Source: an uncultured Poribacteria bacterium (GTDB taxonomy: Bacteria > Poribacteria > WGA-4E > WGA-3G). Taken from it: DNA of 64,000 nucleotides. The stretch is taken from NCBI GenBank assembly GCA_958296135.2, contig CATQHZ020000001.1, positions 4,704,001 through 4,768,000 of the forward strand, in the 5' to 3' direction. A program made the position numbers and the translations under genes. The notes beneath the pieces are model-generated. The model did no database searches. It was not told the DNA's origin and saw only the letters and a list, made by a program, of their open reading frames with translations. Of this stretch, positions 41,101-48,879 are shown piece after piece (position 1 is the stretch's first letter; each line of letters starts with the position of its first letter).

Positions 41101-41436
41101 CGTTTCAACCGTCGAAGCCGTGAAGACGTGCTCGGCGTGCGGCTCGATTATCAGTTCACGCAACGCATGAACATTCTCGGCGGCTTCCAATACCGGAAGT
41201 TCACCAACCGGGATAACAACTTCAAGGACTACTTGACAAACTTCCCGGAAGATGAAGACGCCCCGGTCCTCTTCCGGCCAGACCTGCGGACGCGAATCTT
41301 TGAAGTCCAAGCTATCAACCGGGGTGAATGGCTTGGGTTTAACATTGTTATCCTCGCAGGTTACCGCCGAACCACCATCCTGCTCGAACACACGACGAGT
41401 AACACGACGTTCGTTCGAGCGATGATGGGTTTCTAA
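38110..41436 (+). CDS. large (~1108 aa) putative outer-membrane/surface lipoprotein with Ca-binding DxDxDG-like motifs
   Basis: AAGGAGG RBS, lipobox LYGC, alternating beta-strand segments, DRDQNGVLD and DLNNNGTID motifs, C-terminal FVRAMMGF. Confidence 0.75.
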   Translation: MNELRQSFDVLLVVTCILSAFALYGCGAQSLGPQEPLLPTIEGGSKFSARFQLEEEPQFFYDLFGKELLEGNEVYNYREQKGFNQNGELIVGWTGQLDSERFSAQLDRTVLTEDSFRGRYTEFAIGDDMRFKPATLFPNRYILYKTEFDGFRWDISFAQERHLFTLINSRISNPVKLTDAAANLAPTLGRRNGLNEDAGVRHIENARLIGFRAQGLLGDIFRVGFTYVNLHKEHPERVENPLMGTVANTPPEVISVVFRDDSPEDNHGVVTQFSGYDENKHGQNIQGGVGAAFKSMTVTVITQELEDLTPDEIAEGVEPDINPEQTQKIEVFVNDITPIDVGGLPSEVRDSVDGEWKIVDGFNKMKYDLIFADHDIEPRTVKSVVFDLVVAGDYNIAVIGISDANKAAEGADPLVEEWIKTEDGHIQMPYRDVIEAPGNYGQSSDYSSNRSSLVDNPSEWEGEGRPRKIRYRYGAARAALLYGLDLEGTIGNVFVRAHYSINGKYKQYPTLPKDKVGFSRLTPTIVSEDGEEEETGISVDPATGLPLDRNGIPTYSETEGERFEARLGGDGTDEGGDGEMGRETAWFVQLKSRFGKLYLEGVWYHIDPGYTTTYLNFGSNTDRDQTYSLERTPESQSETDPWDEVNYALIEDDDDDDDWPDDIDFDGVLPRADDRDQNGVLDFQEDFLIFDADPPVFTDLVDLNNNGTIDSLEDDFEPQYEYGVDRDGYHLIAEYDLLDNLSLKVGWLNESEVSSRRKNDSKYLHVTYQRDIPDFGTVLFQNRFVRVRDDIPDYTITLRVGELEPVQISDELDYYNARVNTTTLQFLYTAVPNLTLEAKFLVVLQKQYEQDVENAIFLDVEYDPQTENFEADERVDFMVPVEQVRASGEKREFPFYPDHGINALDPEDPGLIYDSENWKSRRYPERNIRNQQTILKARYEIPLGDLPFIDRIGEDLTLTPMVKYIWDRAFDRGAEEIPDALNPRLFVPTDEEPVEYLRFNRRSREDVLGVRLDYQFTQRMNILGGFQYRKFTNRDNNFKDYLTNFPEDEDAPVLFRPDLRTRIFEVQAINRGEWLGFNIVILAGYRRTTILLEHTTSNTTFVRAMMGF

Positions 41437-41450
41437 ATGGTTTGTGGAGT

Positions 41451-41485
41451 GCTGGGCACGAATGCTTCGTGCCCAGCTCATCCGC
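41451..41485 (+). terminator. stem-loop after the large OM gene
   Basis: 12-bp stem gctgggcacgaa/ttcgtgcccagc; a T-run follows shortly after. Confidence 0.6.
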
Positions 41486-41688
41486 TTTTTCGCAAATAAA
41501 CGCGTAACTTCTTAACGACTTAGGTGTTTTAAGACGTGAGAAGGCATCTCATAGATAGGAGAACGCTCCTACCGGTAATGATGAGATAGGTTATAGAGAC
41601 TTGAGGGCAACATCGTGGGCAAAGTTAAGGCGCACGGCGCGCTGTTGGAGCCCCGCCCTCAAGTTACCCAAAGGAGGAAACAGAACGA

Positions 41689-42690
41689 ATGACCCGTTTA
41701 AGTTTGATGTTAATGTTAGTTGCGTGTGTAGGCATGCTTGCCGGCATTGCCTTCGCGCAAGACGCAGATGTCGCAGCAAGCGGCGGCACAGTCCGCGGTC
41801 AGATTGTTGATACAACGACAGCGCAAAACCCAATCGAGGGTGTGCAAGTGAAGATTGTCTCCGCCGCCGGCGAATACGACGCAGTCACCGACGTGAATGG
41901 CGACTACGAACGCTCCGGCATCCCCGCTGGCCGTTACCTGGTTAGTATCTATCGGGAAGGCTACGGCGACCGGACAGGTAAACCCGTTACCGTCGTTAAC
42001 GGCGGCGACCACTTCGTCCCGCTGAAAATGACTAAGAAGGACAATATTGTCACCTTCTTCCAGAAATTCGGATTCGTTTTCTGGCCACTGGCACTCTGCT
42101 CCATCACGGCGTTAACCTTCATTATTGAAAGGCTTTTCACGTTCGTGCGGAGCCGTTCGCGTATCGGAACAGAACAGTTCATCGCGAGCATCGCCGACTC
42201 CCTGCGGAAAGAGAATATTATGGAAGCCGTCTCCACTTGTGAAGAAGCAGGCGGCCCGCTCGCGAACGTCCTCAAAGCCGGATTGCTCCGCTACAGCCAA
42301 TCCCAGATTGAGGAACGCGATATTTCCAAGGAGGAAATTCAGGAAGCGATTGAGGAAGCCAGTCTCCTCGAAATTCCCGAACTGGAAAGAAACCTGCCGG
42401 TGCTTGGCACGGTCGCGGTTGTCTCTCCCCTGTTTGGCCTGCTCGGGACAGTGACAGGTATGATTAGTGCATTTACGACGATTGCACTGGAAGGCACCGG
42501 TGACCCGCAGCAACTCGCAGGCGGTATCTCACAGGCACTCCTGACAACGGCTGGCGGCCTGACAATCGCTATCCCGTGCCTGATTTTCTTCCAGTTGTTC
42601 GATAGCTGGGTGAATCGGCACATGGTGGAAATCTCCCAGGTCTCCACTGAGATTATCAACCAGCTGGTTGTGAGTGAGACTAACGCTTAG
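41689..42690 (+). CDS. exbB: MotA/TolQ/ExbB proton channel fused to an N-terminal carboxypeptidase-regulatory-like domain
   Basis: Signal peptide; GTVRGQIVD...PIEGVQV...TDVNGDY..GIPAGRY; SPLFGLLGTVTGMI; GISQALLTTAGGL. Confidence 0.9.
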   Translation: MTRLSLMLMLVACVGMLAGIAFAQDADVAASGGTVRGQIVDTTTAQNPIEGVQVKIVSAAGEYDAVTDVNGDYERSGIPAGRYLVSIYREGYGDRTGKPVTVVNGGDHFVPLKMTKKDNIVTFFQKFGFVFWPLALCSITALTFIIERLFTFVRSRSRIGTEQFIASIADSLRKENIMEAVSTCEEAGGPLANVLKAGLLRYSQSQIEERDISKEEIQEAIEEASLLEIPELERNLPVLGTVAVVSPLFGLLGTVTGMISAFTTIALEGTGDPQQLAGGISQALLTTAGGLTIAIPCLIFFQLFDSWVNRHMVEISQVSTEIINQLVVSETNA

Positions 42691-42756
42691 GCACTAGCAA
42701 TCGGTGGGCGCGCGGTGGCCGCGCGCCCACAGGTTAAGACAGAGGAGGACTCTGAC

Positions 42757-43206
42757 ATGCAACAACTCGCCGAAGGCAAATTGAACCTGGTTGCCGCCAG
42801 AATCAGGGAACGCAAAGCACCAACGCTCAGTATGGCCCCGATGATTGATTGCGTCTTCCTGCTCCTGATCTTCTTCATGGTATCGACGACGTTCTCACCG
42901 ATTCCGGGCCTCCGGGTGCAGCTCCCACCGCCAGGGAAACCCTCTCCGGACAAACCGAAGGGGTTAACGGTCCGCATCGCGAACCCAGACCCTGGCCAAG
43001 ACAGTGGCACCATGGTCCTGAACGACGAAGTCGTGCAGATTGATGAAATGTTTACCCGTTTCATCAACGCACCGGAGGAAGCAACCAGCATGCTTATCAT
43101 CCAATCCGAACGCGATGTGCTCCACGAGCAAATTGTGCAGGTGATGGATATTGCCAAGCAGGCAGGTATTGACAAAATCGGGTTCGCGATTGTCGCCAGA
43201 GACTGA
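42757..43206 (+). CDS. exbD: ExbD/TolR biopolymer transport protein
   Basis: MAPMIDCVFLLLIFFMV, VMDIAKQAGI. Confidence 0.92.
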   Translation: MQQLAEGKLNLVAARIRERKAPTLSMAPMIDCVFLLLIFFMVSTTFSPIPGLRVQLPPPGKPSPDKPKGLTVRIANPDPGQDSGTMVLNDEVVQIDEMFTRFINAPEEATSMLIIQSERDVLHEQIVQVMDIAKQAGIDKIGFAIVARD

Positions 43207-43385
43207 CGCACGTCCCTTGGTGGCACTAGCAACCGCAAGAAAAGGCAGTGCTATTTCGTTCACAGCCGCTGTATCTGAGTGCGCCTAATCGCAAAAAAGT
43301 CAAGACCCGGCGAACTCATCTGGTTTCCCTACGCGGGGACGGTGGTATCTAACGAAATAGCCCTGAAAAAAAAAGGAGAATTCAG

Positions 43386-43808
43386 ATGGCTCTCAACATG
43401 TCCCGAAGACGGAAGAAAAGCGACGACGATGACATTCCGATGGCACCGATGATCGATTGCGTATTTCTGCTGTTGATCTTCTTCATGGTGTCCGCTATCA
43501 TGCGGGTTCCACCGCCTTTCACCGTCACACTCCCCGACTCCGCGACGCGGCATGAATTCACCCGCAAAAAGTTTAACCTCTTTATCAGCAGTGACGGCCG
43601 TATCTCCATCGATGACCAGGAGATGCTAACACTGGACGACATGGAGCTGTTCATCGCCTCCCATGAAAACCAGATTACCACGCTTATCATCAAAGCAGAT
43701 AAGCGCGCGAAGCACGGCGTTGTCATTGACGTGGTGGAACGAGCGAAGATGCGCTCCAGTAAAACGGAGGGACTCGAAATCGCTTTCGCGGTGTCGGAAG
43801 ACGAGTAA
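43386..43808 (+). CDS. exbD: second ExbD/TolR protein
   Basis: MAPMIDCVFLLLIFFMV, IIKADK.AKHG.V.DV. Confidence 0.92.
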   Translation: MALNMSRRRKKSDDDDIPMAPMIDCVFLLLIFFMVSAIMRVPPPFTVTLPDSATRHEFTRKKFNLFISSDGRISIDDQEMLTLDDMELFIASHENQITTLIIKADKRAKHGVVIDVVERAKMRSSKTEGLEIAFAVSEDE

Positions 43809-43908
43809 TACGGAATTCACCGCTGTAGTTCAGCGGAATTTCGTATAATACCAAATGAGTTTGATGCGTCTCGCGGAAGTTCATTTGGTATAAATCGCAA
43901 TTCGGCGC

Positions 43909-43939
43909 AAAAAAGGCAGCAGCGGCTGCCTTTTTTTTT
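43909..43939. terminator. rho-independent terminator, probably bidirectional
   Basis: A-tract, ggcagc-agcg-gctgcc hairpin, then T9. Confidence 0.8.
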
Positions 43940-44119
43940 GCCCCGATGCAATTCGCGGAACTTCTTAAGGACTTAGGTGTTGATAATAGGTAACGCAAGG
44001 ACATTTGGAGGTGTATTCAGCACACGACTTCTTGACGCTCTTGCGGCAAAAGCCGTAAGTTCCAAGCCCTTTTGACTCAATGCACCTCTGCAGCAGCGGG
44101 ACGTTTCCCCAAGACAAAA

Positions 44120-44196
44120 GGGCGAGGCCCCCCCAGGGCCTCGCCCTACAGAATATGTGCCTCGCCCTACGGAATATGTGCCTCGCCCTGCGGAAT
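44120..44196. repeat. REP hairpin plus 21-bp tandem repeat (about 3 copies)
   Basis: gcctcgccctacggaatatgt-like units. Confidence 0.75.
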
Positions 44197-44207
44197 AAAT
44201 GAAACTC

Positions 44208-47200
44208 TCACCGTTGCCGCGTTTTCCGCGGCGTTCTTCTCCTTTGACGCCGGGCGGGAGCAGGGGGCGGCGGGGGCGGCGGTGTGACAACCCTCCGAAA
44301 ACGCGGCAAGAAAGCATCCCATTCAGAGAGGATCTCCTCGGCGCGGCAGCTGCCAGTCAACTCAGCATGCTGCCGGACGAGCCTGCGCAGGCACGCCACA
44401 TCAGCCTCAGCCGTGACTGCCGCTAATTGAATCAATTCCGGGTTGCATTTGGTTTGGAACCGTCGACTTTCGTCCAGCACATAGGCAGTGCCGCCTGTCA
44501 TCCCGGCACCGAAGTTGCGTCCCGTTTCGCCGAGAATCACGACAGTGCCCGCTGTCATATACTCGCAACCGTGGTCGCCGACACCTTCTACCACCGCAGT
44601 AGCACCGCTGTTTCGGACACAGAACCGTTCGCCGGCTCTTCCCGCGGCATAGAGTGTGCCGCCGGTCGCGCCGTATAGCACCGTGTTTCCGATGATAGTA
44701 TTTTCATGCGGACAGAACCGCGCCGTTTCAGAAGGTTTGATGACGATTTCACCGCCTGCCATGCCTTTACCGACATAGTCATTCGCCTCGCCTGCCAGCC
44801 GGAGTTGCATCCCCTTGCTACAAAATGCGCCGAAACTTTGTCCCGCGCTACCCTCAAAGGAACATTGAATCGTCCCATCGGGTAAGCCAGCGTCGCCGTA
44901 ACGCTTGGCAATGTTACCAGACAACTTCGCGCCTACCGTGCGGTGCGTATTCCGAATAGCGTAGGACAACCGGATCGGTGTCTTCTGTGCGATTGCTTCT
45001 TCCGCGTCCTGCAAGAGCTGGTCATCAAGCGGCGTATCCTCCCGGTCGTTCCGTTCCTGCGTGTGATAACGCGGTTTCGTGCCAGTTGCATCCGCAGGCG
45101 TAAGAATTTCGCCCAAGTCAAGCAGGGCCGCCTTCGGGTAATCGGAAAGATCGGTGCGTTCCAGCAATTCAGGGCGGCCGATGACATCGTTCAAGCAGCG
45201 ATAACCGAGATTCGCCAAGATGCCCCGTACTTCGTTCGCGACACCCATCATGAAGTTGACAACCATCTCCGGCGTGCCGGGATACTTCGCACGAAGCCCC
45301 GGGTCTTGCGTCGCGATGCCAACAGGACAAGTATTCAGGTGGCACTGACGCGCCATGACACAGCCAGTCGCGACCATCGCTATTGTTCCGAAGCCGTATT
45401 CTTCTGCCCCCAACATCGCCGCGACGACAATATCGCGCCCAGAACGCATGCCGCCATCCACCCGCAGCACGACACGCTCGCGCAAATCGTTTTCCACGAG
45501 AGAGCGTTGCGTCTCCGCGAGGCCGAGCTCCCATGGGGTGCCAGCATTCTTAATAGAACTGAGCGGCGATGCACCGGTGCCGCCCTCGTGCCCACTAATC
45601 TGAATCACATCGGCGTAGCCTTTCGCCACGCCTGACGCAATCGTGCCAACCAAAAACTCCGATACCAACTTTACGGCAATCTTCGCGCGCGGGTTCGCTT
45701 GCTTCAGATCATAGATGAGCTGCGCCAAGTCTTCAATGGAATAGATGTCGTGGTGCGGCGGCGGCGAAATCAACGGAACACCCGGCACCGAATGCCGAAT
45801 CTCGGCGATTTCTGCCGTCACTTTATGCCCCGGAATCTGTCCACCTTCACCGGGCTTTGAGCCCTGCGCCATCTTGATTTCCAACTCCTGCGCGGAGGCG
45901 AGATACGTCGGTGTCACGCCGAACCGCCCGGATGCCACCTGTTTCAAAGCACTCGAGGCCAGGTCACCGTTCAGTCTTCGTTTGTAGCGTCCACTGTCCT
46001 CGCCGCCTTCTCCACTCCCGGATTTCGCGCCGAGGCGGTTCATAGCGATAGCCAAGGTCTCGTGTGTTTCGCGGCTGAGCGCGCCGAAGGACATGCTCCC
46101 CGTCGTAAACCGGCGGACGATATCCGCAGCGGGCTCCACTTCTTCAAGTGGGATAGGCGTGCCGGGTTTGAAGGCCAGCAACTCGCGTAAACTAGACGGC
46201 TCTCCACTCTCAACGGCATTGACGTACTTCTCATAATCCGCCGCCTCCCCCGCTTTGACGAATCGGTGAAGCGACTTGAACACGGATGGGTTATAGGCGT
46301 GGAATTCGCCGTTCCGGCGGAAGCGGAAATAGCCAGCCTCTTCCAGCGAGTCACTGCCATCAGTTCCTGCAAAGGCTTTCGTGTGGAAATGGAGCGTCTC
46401 GGCAGCGATATGCTCAAATCCGATGCCATCCAAACGCGAGGTAGTGCCGGTAAAGCACCGCTCGATCACCGCTGCATTAATACCGAGTGCCTCGAAGATT
46501 TGGGCACCGCGATAACTTGACACGGTGGAGATGCCCATCTTCGCCATAATCTTCAGAATCCCTTTCTCAACGGCTTCCTGATAGTTTGCAACCGCTTCTT
46601 CAGCGGTGAGTCCGTTCAATTCTCCCTTCTCGGCGAGCTGCGCTATGGTAGAAAAGGCGAGATACGGATTGATGGCATTGGCACCGTAACCAATCAGGAC
46701 AGCAAAATGGTGTTCTTCCCTCGGGTCGCCCGCTTCGGCGATGAGGCTCGCTTGCATCCGCTTGCCTTCGCGAATGAGGTGATGATGCACTGCGCCGACA
46801 GCGAGTGCCATCGGAATCGGCGCAAACGCTGCACTGACTTCCTTATCACTCAGCACGAGGAGCGTCTTCCCGTCTTCAATCGCCGCCGAGGCACGCTGGC
46901 ATAGCACCTCTAGCGCGGCTTCCAATCCTTGTATGCCGGTGTCAACAGGGAAGTGGACAGGGAGCGTGGCCACCTGAAAGTCGGGCATCTGCTGCGCGCG
47001 CAACGCTGCCAACGCTGCATTTTTCAGCACGGGTGAGTCCAACCGGATCAGTTGTGCGTGTTGCGGCGTTTCGGTGAGCAGACCGCCGCGCCGGCCGAGG
47101 TAGGTTGTCAGCGACATCACCAACCGTTCCCGCAGTGAATCAATCGGCGGGTTCGTCACCTGTGCGAAGCGTTGCTTGAAATAGGTGTAGAGCATGCGCG

Positions 47201-48689
47201 GGTTGCGCGAAATAACGGCAGGCGGGGTATCGTCACCCATCGAACCTACCGATTCTTTCTTCTGCGCTATCATCGGTTTGATAAACCGCTCCACATCCTC
47301 GGTGGTGTAGCCGAACGCCTTTTGATAGTTCGCCAGTTGTTCGGGGACAGTAACGTGCCCCGAGGTCTCGCCCACAAACAGCTTCTTCAGCGGAGTGATG
47401 CCCTGCTGCACCCACTTGGCGTAAGGTTTCTGCGAGGCGACGCGCTGTTTGATCTCGGCATCTGTCAGCAGTTGGCCTTTGGCGGTATCAACCGCTATCA
47501 TCTGCCCAGGCCCCAAACGTCCCTTCTTCACGACGCAGCTATCGTCAAGTTCGATAATGCCCACCTCGGAGCCCATGACGACGGTGCCGTCTTCGGTAAC
47601 CTTATACCGCGCGGGCCGCAAGCCGTTCCTATCTAAACTCGCGCCGACGACGACACCGTCCGTGAAGGCGACAGCAGCCGGGCCGTCCCACGGCTCACTC
47701 ACGCAGGATAGGTATTCATAACACGCCTTCAACGTATCGGACATATCCGGCATCTGCTCATAAGCTTCCGGAATCAGACACATCATGGCATGGAGGATGT
47801 CCCGGCCGGAGTGCTGGAGGAGTTCCAGCACGTTATCCAGACTCATGGAATCACTGCCGTGGTGATTGATGATAGGCACAAGTCTGCGGATGTGTTCCTT
47901 CCAGAGGGGTGAACTCAGGTTTGCTTCGCGGGCGCGCATCCAGTTGCGATTTCCCATCAAGGTGTTAATCTCACCGTTGTGCGCGAGCATCCGGAAAGGT
48001 TGCGCCAGCATCCACGTCGAGGAGGTATTCGTGCTGTAGCGTTGATGGAAAACAGCCAACGAAGCCTCAAAGTCCGTGTCCTGCAGGTCCGGATAGAAGC
48101 GCGCGAGTTGCGGGGCGACGAGCAAGCCTTTGTAGACAATCGTGCGGTGCGAAAACGAGGCGACGTGAAACCCATCTATCTCGGCATGCTCCACCTCTTT
48201 ACAGATGAGATAGAGCCGCTGCTCGAACGCGTCGTCGGTGAGGTGTGCCGGTCTGCCGACGAAGACCTGGTGGATATCGGGCAGTGTCTCCAACGCTTTT
48301 TCGCCGATAGCGGTGACGTTGAGGGGAACTTTGCGCCATCCGAGGAGCGGGATGCCGTATTGCTGTAGTGTCTGTTCAATACGCGCGCGGGCGAGTTTCC
48401 GTGCGTGCCGGTCTGCGCCCGGCAGAAAAATCATTCCGACTCCCAAGTCGGCCATTGAATCGAGGTATCCTCCGAGTTTCTCCAGTTCTCTGCGAAATAG
48501 TTTCTGCGGGAGTTGTGTTAAGATTCCTGCGCCATCGCCGGTTTTGGCATCGGCGGCGACTGCACCGCGATGCGTCAGATTTGTCACCGCTTGTGTTGCC
48601 AATTTGATAATGTCGTGGTCCCGTCTTCCGGTGCAGTTCGCGACAAACCCAACGCCGCAGGCATCTTTTTCGGTTAAGTCTCTATACAT
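44208..48689 (-). CDS. gltB: glutamate synthase large subunit
   Basis: DACGVGF, HQRYSTNT, HNGEINT, EPWDGPA, KQVASGRFGV, CHLNTCPVG, GEANDYVGKG. Confidence 0.97.
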   Translation of the reverse strand: MYRDLTEKDACGVGFVANCTGRRDHDIIKLATQAVTNLTHRGAVAADAKTGDGAGILTQLPQKLFRRELEKLGGYLDSMADLGVGMIFLPGADRHARKLARARIEQTLQQYGIPLLGWRKVPLNVTAIGEKALETLPDIHQVFVGRPAHLTDDAFEQRLYLICKEVEHAEIDGFHVASFSHRTIVYKGLLVAPQLARFYPDLQDTDFEASLAVFHQRYSTNTSSTWMLAQPFRMLAHNGEINTLMGNRNWMRAREANLSSPLWKEHIRRLVPIINHHGSDSMSLDNVLELLQHSGRDILHAMMCLIPEAYEQMPDMSDTLKACYEYLSCVSEPWDGPAAVAFTDGVVVGASLDRNGLRPARYKVTEDGTVVMGSEVGIIELDDSCVVKKGRLGPGQMIAVDTAKGQLLTDAEIKQRVASQKPYAKWVQQGITPLKKLFVGETSGHVTVPEQLANYQKAFGYTTEDVERFIKPMIAQKKESVGSMGDDTPPAVISRNPRMLYTYFKQRFAQVTNPPIDSLRERLVMSLTTYLGRRGGLLTETPQHAQLIRLDSPVLKNAALAALRAQQMPDFQVATLPVHFPVDTGIQGLEAALEVLCQRASAAIEDGKTLLVLSDKEVSAAFAPIPMALAVGAVHHHLIREGKRMQASLIAEAGDPREEHHFAVLIGYGANAINPYLAFSTIAQLAEKGELNGLTAEEAVANYQEAVEKGILKIMAKMGISTVSSYRGAQIFEALGINAAVIERCFTGTTSRLDGIGFEHIAAETLHFHTKAFAGTDGSDSLEEAGYFRFRRNGEFHAYNPSVFKSLHRFVKAGEAADYEKYVNAVESGEPSSLRELLAFKPGTPIPLEEVEPAADIVRRFTTGSMSFGALSRETHETLAIAMNRLGAKSGSGEGGEDSGRYKRRLNGDLASSALKQVASGRFGVTPTYLASAQELEIKMAQGSKPGEGGQIPGHKVTAEIAEIRHSVPGVPLISPPPHHDIYSIEDLAQLIYDLKQANPRAKIAVKLVSEFLVGTIASGVAKGYADVIQISGHEGGTGASPLSSIKNAGTPWELGLAETQRSLVENDLRERVVLRVDGGMRSGRDIVVAAMLGAEEYGFGTIAMVATGCVMARQCHLNTCPVGIATQDPGLRAKYPGTPEMVVNFMMGVANEVRGILANLGYRCLNDVIGRPELLERTDLSDYPKAALLDLGEILTPADATGTKPRYHTQERNDREDTPLDDQLLQDAEEAIAQKTPIRLSYAIRNTHRTVGAKLSGNIAKRYGDAGLPDGTIQCSFEGSAGQSFGAFCSKGMQLRLAGEANDYVGKGMAGGEIVIKPSETARFCPHENTIIGNTVLYGATGGTLYAAGRAGERFCVRNSGATAVVEGVGDHGCEYMTAGTVVILGETGRNFGAGMTGGTAYVLDESRRFQTKCNPELIQLAAVTAEADVACLRRLVRQHAELTGSCRAEEILSEWDAFLPRFRRVVTPPPPPPPAPARRQRRRTPRKTRQR

Positions 48690-48757
48690 CTGTCAATTGA
48701 CTCTCCATCCTTTCTTCAAATTTTTAGTTATGTTTCGTCTCACAATGATGCTTAATA

Positions 48758-48786
48758 ATTATACCATAATTTTGCGCAAAAGTCAA
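48758..48786 (-). promoter_or_regulatory. sigma70 promoter of gltB
   Basis: TTGACT-17bp-TATAAT on the minus strand. Confidence 0.7.
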
Positions 48787-48879
48787 GAGAATTTCCGAGC
48801 CGTTTCTGCAAACGTAAGGGCGGATGGAGTCACAAGGCACACCTGTTTCGGAAACTAAAATCTGAATGCCGCTGCTACC

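Noticed and set aside
41599-41664. c-di-GMP-I riboswitch
   Set aside because: GGGCAAA is present, but the GAAA tetraloop and GACGCAAAG elements are missing.
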